From: an uncultured Gemmatimonadales bacterium
Lineage (GTDB): Bacteria; Gemmatimonadota; Gemmatimonadetes; Gemmatimonadales; GWC2-71-9
Assembly (NCBI GenBank): GCA_963825055.1
Contig: CAWGSK010000013.1
Coordinates: 128,001 to 192,000 of the forward strand
Direction of reading: 5' to 3'
Length of the DNA stretch: 64,000 bases
Part shown: positions 57,452 to 64,000 of the stretch, piece by piece
Layout: every line of letters starts with the position of its first letter
How positions within the stretch are numbered: position 1 is the first letter of the stretch
Made by a program: the position numbers and the translations under genes
Notes under the pieces: generated by a model
Database searches by the model: none
Told to the model about the DNA's origin: nothing
Seen by the model: only the letters and a program-made list of their open reading frames with translations

Positions 57452-57946
57452 CTACTGCGTCGGCGGCGCGAGGTTGCCGCACGCCACCACCGTCTCCGGG
57501 TTGGCCAGGGAGGCCTTGATGACGACGAAGTAGTCTCCCGTCTTCGGCGTCTCCATCGCGACAGTCGTGGTGGCATTCCCGTGGCCGTCGGAATCAATGT
57601 TCAGCACCTTGTACGTCTCGCCGGTTCCGAAGACACCGTTGTCCTTGCCGACACCGCACTGCCCATAATGCGCCGACCATGGATGCACGCCGCCCGGCGT
57701 GGCGTTGGCCAGGTTGATCGTGATACTGGTGCTGCCGTCCGGGAGCGGCGCCATCGATGCGGAGCCGTTCATCTGGACCGCGCCGGCCAGACTCGCGGGG
57801 CTGGCCAGATTCGCATGCCAGCGGCTGTTGAGCGACGGGTCCTGCGTCGTAACCTCGACGGCCGGATCACTGTGGAATGGGTTACACGCGAGCGACGCCA
57901 GCGTGAGAAACGATAAGGCAACCGTCATGATCCGTGGAGCCGACAT
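57452..57946 (-). CDS. Hypothetical lipoprotein, Cu/Zn SOD-like or CHRD-like fold
   Basis: SLAC lipobox, GVHPWSAHYGQCG, VVACGNL; GGAGG RBS. Confidence 0.6.
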   Translation of the reverse strand: MSAPRIMTVALSFLTLASLACNPFHSDPAVEVTTQDPSLNSRWHANLASPASLAGAVQMNGSASMAPLPDGSTSITINLANATPGGVHPWSAHYGQCGVGKDNGVFGTGETYKVLNIDSDGHGNATTTVAMETPKTGDYFVVIKASLANPETVVACGNLAPPTQ

Positions 57947-58169
57947 ACAACCTCCGATGAGAAACCTGCATTGCTGTACCACCACACCCTCCGTCCTTCC
58001 CGTCATGACTCGCTGGCGGGGGCGTCGTCATTCACGAAACCCGGCCGGTGTTGACGCCTCCGGGACCGGGAGGGTTCATGCTCCTGAACGCTACCGACAT
58101 GGCAGGCTGAGGGGTATCGCTCGTGGGGTGGATGGCGGCTCGTCCGGAAGGACGAGCTCCGGTGGCTCG

Positions 58170-58469
58170 CTACTGGCGCTCGCGTATTTCGGACTGCGTT
58201 ACCCTGGCGGCATTGTATGGCAGACCCAGCTCGTATCCCGGCGCCGTGACGACTACGCGGTCGTCCGCTCCAGCGGCCGGTTCGAACCTGGGTTCGGTGT
58301 CCGTGAACCAGCGGATGGCCTGTTCGACGACGGGGCGGTCGGAGGCGGATATCACCGCCAGGACCGGCGCTTTCCAGTTCCGGGGGTTCCGTACCCGGTC
58401 GAAGGCCTCGGCCAGCTGAGCCAGCGTGTAGCCGGTCGCAGTCTTCGGATTGAACTCATAAGATCTCAT
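58170..58469 (-). CDS. Hypothetical protein
   Basis: GGGAG RBS; AFDRVRNPRNWKAP..AIRWFT..APGY. Confidence 0.6.
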   Translation of the reverse strand: MRSYEFNPKTATGYTLAQLAEAFDRVRNPRNWKAPVLAVISASDRPVVEQAIRWFTDTEPRFEPAAGADDRVVVTAPGYELGLPYNAARVTQSEIRERQ

Positions 58470-58780
58470 TGGCTCCCTGCCCTGCAAACGTATCGCGGCC
58501 CCTCCTCCTCTCCCCGACTCCGAAACCTCGCCCGGCACCCCTCAGGATCGGGACCGGGCAGGGTTGCGGCATTCGCTTCGCTCCGACTGCCCCGCACTCC
58601 GCACACCCACTGAAGGCGACACACCCTGCCGGAAACCGCGGTGGCTCCGGCGAGGTGGTAGTCAGGGGGCCGGCGGTTGAGGGCCGTCCTCCGTGATTGG
58701 AGTGCAGGGTTCAAATGTCGCTGTGCCCCGAGCGGAGGACAATCGGTCTAGGGATGGATTTGTGATGTAGATCGGAAGGA

Positions 58781-59482
58781 CTACGGTGCCGGCGGCTCCG
58801 CGCTGCGAGGCCGGGACTTGCTCCGGCTGTGGCTGAAGGCGGCCACCTCGAGCCGGCTGTGCAGCGCGAGCTTTTCCAGCACGTTGTGCACATGGCTCTT
58901 CACGGTGTGAACCGCGATGTGCAGGCGAGTGGCGATATCCTTGTTGCTCAGCCCCTCGCCGAGGAGATCCACCACCTGGCGCTCCCGGCTGGTCAGCCGG
59001 ACCGACTCCATCACACGGGCCCGGCTTCCCTTCACATTCTGTACGATCTGCGAGAAGAGGGAATTCGTCAGCTCGGCCGGCAGCACCTCCGCGCCACCCG
59101 CGACCTCCCGGATGGTCCTGATGAACTCCTCGAAGGAAGCATCCTTCATGACAAAACCGGACGCCCCCGCGCGCACGAAGTCGGCCACGTCATCCTGCGC
59201 CGGGAGGAGGCCCATTACGATCACCCTCGCGGCCGGCACCTCGGAATGGACCGTGGCTGTCAGGCTCAGGCTGTCGTGGTTCTCGAGCCCGAAGTCGACG
59301 AGGACGATGTCCGGCTTCGCCACCCGCACCTTATCGAGGGCCTCCTCGACGTCGGCGGAGGCAGCCAGGATCTTGAACCCCGGCTGCCGCTTGATCATGG
59401 ACGCAAGCCCCTCACGCATGAGCCGGTTGTCATCGATGAGCACCAGGGCGATGGAGCCCTGGTCGGAATCGTCCGGCGGCAC
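58781..59482 (-). CDS. NarL/LuxR family response regulator (orphan)
   Basis: LIDDN, IVLVD receiver; LTSRERQV..GLSNKDIA..TVKSHVHNVLEKL. Confidence 0.92.
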   Translation of the reverse strand: MPPDDSDQGSIALVLIDDNRLMREGLASMIKRQPGFKILAASADVEEALDKVRVAKPDIVLVDFGLENHDSLSLTATVHSEVPAARVIVMGLLPAQDDVADFVRAGASGFVMKDASFEEFIRTIREVAGGAEVLPAELTNSLFSQIVQNVKGSRARVMESVRLTSRERQVVDLLGEGLSNKDIATRLHIAVHTVKSHVHNVLEKLALHSRLEVAAFSHSRSKSRPRSAEPPAP

Positions 59483-59661
59483 GGGGGCGGCGGGCCCCGG
59501 GCGCGTTCGGGTCTTTGCGCTGATGTCTCGCCTCGGGTCGAAGTCTGAGCGGAAGTCTGAGCGGGCGGTCGCTATTGCCTCATACTAAGGATATACTCCA
59601 ACGCTATATACCGCCAGACTCCATTGCGGGGTCGAGCAGATTGCAACCGGAAAGGCCTCCA

Positions 59662-59868
59662 ATGGTGGTGCTCCAGGTTCACGAAATAATGAAGGCGCGG
59701 AATATCACCGCCTATGCCCTGGGCAAGGGTGCACGAATCAGCTATCCCACCGCATGGCGCCTCTCCCGCAAGGGAGGAGAGTTCCGCCGGCTGAACGCTG
59801 ACACATTGAACGCCCTGTGTGAATTCTTTGAGGTCCAGCCCGGAGCACTGCTCCGGTGGGTGCCATGA
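59662..59868 (+). CDS. Cro/C1-type HTH regulator
   Basis: ITAYALGKGARISYPTAWRL..TLNALCEFFEVQPGALL. Confidence 0.8.
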   Translation: MVVLQVHEIMKARNITAYALGKGARISYPTAWRLSRKGGEFRRLNADTLNALCEFFEVQPGALLRWVP

Positions 59869-59904
59869 CCACCTGAGACCGGCTGGGCCGGAAAGATCAC
59901 GCGT

Positions 59905-61059
59905 TTACCTGGCGGGCGGAACCGGCGGGGTGATCGCGTGCTGCCGCAGGAGCGTCCGCAGGCTGTCGAGCGGCAGCGGGCCGGCAGTCCCGCGCGGGCC
60001 GGTGACGGCCGTCGCCTGCAGAAGGGAGTTGTAGATCGCCTCCTCGGTGGCCTCGATAGCGGCCTCGAACAGCCCACTCATTGCGTCGTTGTCCACCTCC
60101 GCCGCCGCCGCGGGACGGGACGGGTCTCCGGGATGGCGCCGGACGCCTTCGGCCGTGGAAAAGGCGATCACGTAATCACCCGAGCCGTTCGACCCGGAAG
60201 CCCCCGTCCGGGCCAGTCCCATGATGGCGCGCGCCGCCACCCGCCGGAGGTTCCGGTCCAGCAGCGGCGCGTCCGTCGCGACCACCATCATGATGGAGCC
60301 GTCGCCCTTCTGTTCCTCGCCCTCCACCAGCGAGCGGAACGCGTACTGGCCCAGCGCCTTCCCGACAGGCACGCCCTGCATCTGGAGCACGCCTCCGTAG
60401 TTGGTCTGCACGAGCACGCCGACCGTCCAGCCGCCGATACGCGCCGGCAGCACGCGCGACGCCGTGCCGATGCCGCCCTTCCAGCCGAACGCCACCGTGC
60501 CCCGCCCGGCGCCGACACTGCCTTCCTGCACCGGGCCACCGCTGGCCGATTCCAGCGCCCGGCGCACGTCCGCGGGCGCGATGGGCCGTGAACGGATATC
60601 GTTCAGGAGGCCATCGTTCGTTTCCCCCACAACGGGATTGATCGAACGAACTTCCTCCATGCCCGGCCGCTCCAGCATCCACGCGACCATCGCATCCGCC
60701 GCGCGCCAGACGCAGAGGGTACAGGTCAGCAGGATGGGCGTCTCGAGTTCACCGAGCTCCCCCACCTGCGTGACCCCGAGGAGTTTTCCGAAACCATTGC
60801 CGACGAACATGGCGGCGGGCACGCGGTCGAGAAACGGGTTACCGCCGTGCGGAAAGACAGCGGTGACCCCGGTGTGTACCGAATCGCCGGCATCCACCGT
60901 CACCTGGCCGACCCGGACGCCGGCCACGTCGGTGATGGCGTTGAGCGGGCCCGGCTGGAAGACCCCGGGAGCGAGGCCAAGATCGCGGGCCCGGGGCCGG
61001 GCTTCCTGGGCAGCGAGAAGGCCCGGCAGGAACAGGAGGAGCAGGACAGGTCGGTTCAT
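59905..61059 (-). CDS. DmpA-like aminopeptidase (P1/S58 family)
   Basis: GPLNAITDVAGVRVG, PVVGETNDG, KGGIGTAS, GDG|SI autocleavage site. Confidence 0.92.
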   Translation of the reverse strand: MNRPVLLLLFLPGLLAAQEARPRARDLGLAPGVFQPGPLNAITDVAGVRVGQVTVDAGDSVHTGVTAVFPHGGNPFLDRVPAAMFVGNGFGKLLGVTQVGELGELETPILLTCTLCVWRAADAMVAWMLERPGMEEVRSINPVVGETNDGLLNDIRSRPIAPADVRRALESASGGPVQEGSVGAGRGTVAFGWKGGIGTASRVLPARIGGWTVGVLVQTNYGGVLQMQGVPVGKALGQYAFRSLVEGEEQKGDGSIMMVVATDAPLLDRNLRRVAARAIMGLARTGASGSNGSGDYVIAFSTAEGVRRHPGDPSRPAAAAEVDNDAMSGLFEAAIEATEEAIYNSLLQATAVTGPRGTAGPLPLDSLRTLLRQHAITPPVPPAR

Positions 61060-62903
61060 GGCGACGTCGTGTCGGCTCGCGCCGGGGAGGAATCGATGGG
61101 GATGGTGTCCCGGGGCGGCATGCGTCCGAAATCCTGGGGCATGATCGTCAGGTCCAGCATTCCGGTCCGCGGATCGATCTGGGGCGAGACGTCCTCGAAC
61201 ACCTTTGAGCGCATCGAGCCCCGTGTTTCGTTGACACGGATGCGGTTGCGATCCTGGTACACATAATATCCGAGGGGTTTCCGCACGGCCGTTGGCGGGA
61301 CCAGGCAATAGCACCCCTCCTGCCCGGATTGGGCGTTGATGCTCACCCGGATCGGGACCGTGCTCGAGTTCGTGATGACGGGTGCGAAATACCGGACGTC
61401 GGTCCCGTAGGCATCCACCTCGCGGCGAACCTCACGGCGGATAACCTCGTTGAGCGTGGGCGCCGACACCCGGATGTTCCCCACCAGCTCCTCGCCCATC
61501 GGTGAGCGGGTCTCGTTCACCGGCGGCTCCATCTTCCAGCTCAACAGCAGGCCATTGGATGGCAGGGCCTGGGACCAGGTCCCGCCGGCAGCCACCGTGA
61601 ATACGTAGCCGGCATCGGTCTCCACCGTGATGGGCAGGACGAGTTTGTTGGTCAGGTAGAACGTGGGCCTGGCCAGCAGGAAGAAGCCCGCGGCGCTGAT
61701 CATTACGGCAAGGAACAGCACCCAGAGCAACAGTTGGTACGGCCGCCAGGTACGCACGTTCCGGAAGTCGGTCGCGCGCCGGCGCGGCGCCATGAGGTTG
61801 GGGTCGGTGGCCCGCCGGCCGCTGCTGGTTCTCCCGCCGCGCGCCGGCGCGGCGGTCACGGGTGTCGGGATAATGGCCGTCGGGTCGTCGTGCCGGATCC
61901 AGCGCCGCCCGTCGGTGGGAGACTCTCCCGTGACGGTGGTGTCGGGGCCGAGGTCCACGGCCATTTCCGCCGCACTCTGGTAGCGGTCGTCGGGCCGCTT
62001 GGCCATCGCGTGCATGATGACCCCCGAGAGCCACGGGGGGACCGCAGCATTGGCCTCATGGGCGGAGGGGACCGGGTCGTTGATGTGCCGTCCGATGACC
62101 TCCTGCGATGTCTCACCCTGATAGGGCGGCGCCCCCGTCACCATCTGGTAAAGCATCGCCCCTATCGCGTAGAGATCGGCGCGGTGATCAACGTTGTGCT
62201 GTCCCAGCGCCTGCTCGGGGCTCATGTACGTGGGCGTGCCAACCACGAACCCGGAACCGGTCGTGCCCGGCCCGTCATCCATCTGCCGCACGATCCCGAA
62301 ATCGACCAGGAGCGGACGGCCGGTTCCCTTCTCCACCAGGATGTTGTCGGGCTTGATGTCCCGGTGGATCATCCCGCGGTCGTGGGCGTGATGCAGCGCG
62401 CCCAGAATGGGCTGGATGATCTGGACGGCCGTTTCGGGTTCGATCGGGCCCTGCTCACTCAATATCTCGCCGACGCTCCGGCCCTCCACGAACGGCATGG
62501 CGTAATACACCAGGCCATCGCTGTCGCCGACAAAGTGGATCGGGAGGATGTTCGGATGACTCAGGCGGGCCAGCGCCCGCGCCTCGGCTTCGAAGCGATG
62601 CAGCATCCCCTCGGTCCAGGCGAGGTCCGGCCGCAGGACCTTGACCGCCAGGCGACGGTGCAGCCGGCTGTCCTTCACTTCATAGACCTCGGCAAAACCG
62701 CCCCGGCCGAGCAAGTCCAGCAGCTCGAATTCCGGGCCAAGGGCGCGACTCAGGCGCTCGCGTACCTGGGGATCGGACGCATCGCGGCTTGTCATGGCCT
62801 GACCAGGAACCACGGGCTGGGGGGTCGGGTTGCTGCAATGGCTGCAGAGACCGTCATTGGCGGTAAGCTCCGCACGGCAGAACTGACAAAGAAGCTGGCT
62901 CAC
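61056..62903 (-). CDS. Hanks-type Ser/Thr protein kinase with N-terminal zinc ribbon and TM
   Basis: CxxC..CxxC, LGRGGFA, AVK, HRDIKPDN, DFG, GTPTYMSPEQ. Confidence 0.95.
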   Translation of the reverse strand: MSQLLCQFCRAELTANDGLCSHCSNPTPQPVVPGQAMTSRDASDPQVRERLSRALGPEFELLDLLGRGGFAEVYEVKDSRLHRRLAVKVLRPDLAWTEGMLHRFEAEARALARLSHPNILPIHFVGDSDGLVYYAMPFVEGRSVGEILSEQGPIEPETAVQIIQPILGALHHAHDRGMIHRDIKPDNILVEKGTGRPLLVDFGIVRQMDDGPGTTGSGFVVGTPTYMSPEQALGQHNVDHRADLYAIGAMLYQMVTGAPPYQGETSQEVIGRHINDPVPSAHEANAAVPPWLSGVIMHAMAKRPDDRYQSAAEMAVDLGPDTTVTGESPTDGRRWIRHDDPTAIIPTPVTAAPARGGRTSSGRRATDPNLMAPRRRATDFRNVRTWRPYQLLLWVLFLAVMISAAGFFLLARPTFYLTNKLVLPITVETDAGYVFTVAAGGTWSQALPSNGLLLSWKMEPPVNETRSPMGEELVGNIRVSAPTLNEVIRREVRREVDAYGTDVRYFAPVITNSSTVPIRVSINAQSGQEGCYCLVPPTAVRKPLGYYVYQDRNRIRVNETRGSMRSKVFEDVSPQIDPRTGMLDLTIMPQDFGRMPPRDTIPIDSSPARADTTSP

Positions 62904-62963
62904 ATTCCCGGGGAAAAGAAGGGGTCGGGCGACTCCAGTCAGCGGACCACCGGAGACATGCCT

Positions 62964-64000
62964 CTAATCTACCTCCGGAGGCCGGGGTCGCCAGAGCCGG
63001 GGCTGGTCGCAACGGTCGCAACCGCTGCATTGCCGGGGAGTTTCACCAAACCATCCCAGCAGGCGCCTGCGCCGGCACCCCAGGGCCCGGGCATACCGCT
63101 CCATGGCCCGGAGCCGGGCCCGGGCCGCGGCCCGCCGGTGTTCCACCCGCTTCCAGGCCCGGGAGTCATTCAGGTCCGGCACCTCCCGGCGAAGCCGTTC
63201 TGCCGACTCGAGGACACCGGCGGGAACCGAGGCGGCCGGCGTACGGCCATCCCGGATCCGGGCCAGCAGGGCGCGCGAGGGCCACGTGACGGACTGCTGG
63301 CGACGGTGGAGGTCCCCATCGCGCCGGTGATGCAGAAGAATGCATGTGGAAGGAGCGCCATCGCGGCCGGCTCGGCCCGCCTCCTGGTAATAGGACTCGA
63401 GCGACGGCGGCATTGACCAGTGCACCACCACGCGCACGTCCGGCTTGTCGATCCCCATGCCGAATGCACTGGTGGCCACGACGATGTCGCATCCGTCCCC
63501 GAGAAAACGCTCCAGCACCTGGGCTCGCAGCTGCGGGTCCAGCCCGGCGTGATAGGGCTCCGTCCGAAACCCGCGACACCGCAGCCGCCAGGTCAGTGCC
63601 TCCACCAGCCGCCGGGTGGGCGCGTAGACGATCGCGGTTCCGTCGGCGACGGCCAGCGCCGCGTCGAAGGCGAGCGCGCGCCCGTGGTCGTCCCGGACCC
63701 GGGAAACCCGGAAGCAGAGATTCGGGCGGTCGAACGAGCCGATGTGCCGGTCTGGCGCGACGAGCCCGAGGGACGCGACGATGTCCTCACGCACGGCGGG
63801 GGTGGCGCTGCCGGTGAGCGCCAGCACCGGCGGGCGCCCGAGCCGGACCCGGGCCGCGCGGATCCGACGGTAGTTCGGCCGGAAATCGTGCCCCCATTCG
63901 GAGATGCAGTGCGCCTCGTCCACCGCCAGCAGCGCGGGCCTGAAGCCACGGTCCCTGAGCCGGGGCGCGAGGCCGACCAGCCGCTCCGGGCTCAGGTACA
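62964..64000 (-). CDS. recQ: RecQ family ATP-dependent DNA helicase (5' end beyond window)
   Basis: SPERL, VDEAHCISEWGHDFRP, TGSAT, AFGMGIDKPDVR, QEAGRAGRDG, zinc-binding Cys cluster. Confidence 0.92.
   Translation of the reverse strand, partial: YLSPERLVGLAPRLRDRGFRPALLAVDEAHCISEWGHDFRPNYRRIRAARVRLGRPPVLALTGSATPAVREDIVASLGLVAPDRHIGSFDRPNLCFRVSRVRDDHGRALAFDAALAVADGTAIVYAPTRRLVEALTWRLRCRGFRTEPYHAGLDPQLRAQVLERFLGDGCDIVVATSAFGMGIDKPDVRVVVHWSMPPSLESYYQEAGRAGRDGAPSTCILLHHRRDGDLHRRQQSVTWPSRALLARIRDGRTPAASVPAGVLESAERLRREVPDLNDSRAWKRVEHRRAAARARLRAMERYARALGCRRRRLLGWFGETPRQCSGCDRCDQPRLWRPRPPEVD

Noticed and set aside
58695..58725. GGTTCAAAT resembling a tRNA T-loop
   Set aside because: No T-stem, acceptor stem or anticodon arm
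59526..59537. TCTCGCCTCGGG, a 12-bp match to the tRNA-Leu 3' end, as an att site
   Set aside because: Inverted orientation, on the wrong side of the tRNA and among core genes; plausible by chance at this GC content

Overview
GC-rich bacterial chromosome segment; gene style suggests Gemmatimonadota (inference). The left third (1-21.9 kb) is accessory DNA ending at tRNA-Leu(CAA). It holds two signal-peptide-bearing RHS/YD-repeat proteins with variable C-termini (the first is intact, over 1550 aa, and absent from the ORF track), a HExxH protein, a sensor-less sigma54 activator, and a truncated type II secretion operon (gspK-L-M-C-D). That operon is cut by an IS1-like element carrying a GmrSD-family gene; a tyrosine integrase follows. 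Both RHS genes have a sigma54 -24/-12-like promoter and share a 28-bp palindromic element (26/28 identical), suggesting a co-regulated T2SS-exported RHS system. The rest is core-like: ppa, Slt, floA/nfeD, an ECF sigma module, a TetR-led BoxB-type aromatic-CoA operon, amidohydrolases, rplU-rpmA, IorAB-like oxidoreductase, RNase E/G, acyl-CoA dehydrogenase, DmpA peptidase, Ser/Thr kinase and RecQ. Core intergenic regions carry many different 7-9-mer tandem repeats, often as inverted pairs. Scattered single-base frameshifts, also in core genes, suggest assembly indel errors. All family calls come from reading motifs by eye; no searches were run.
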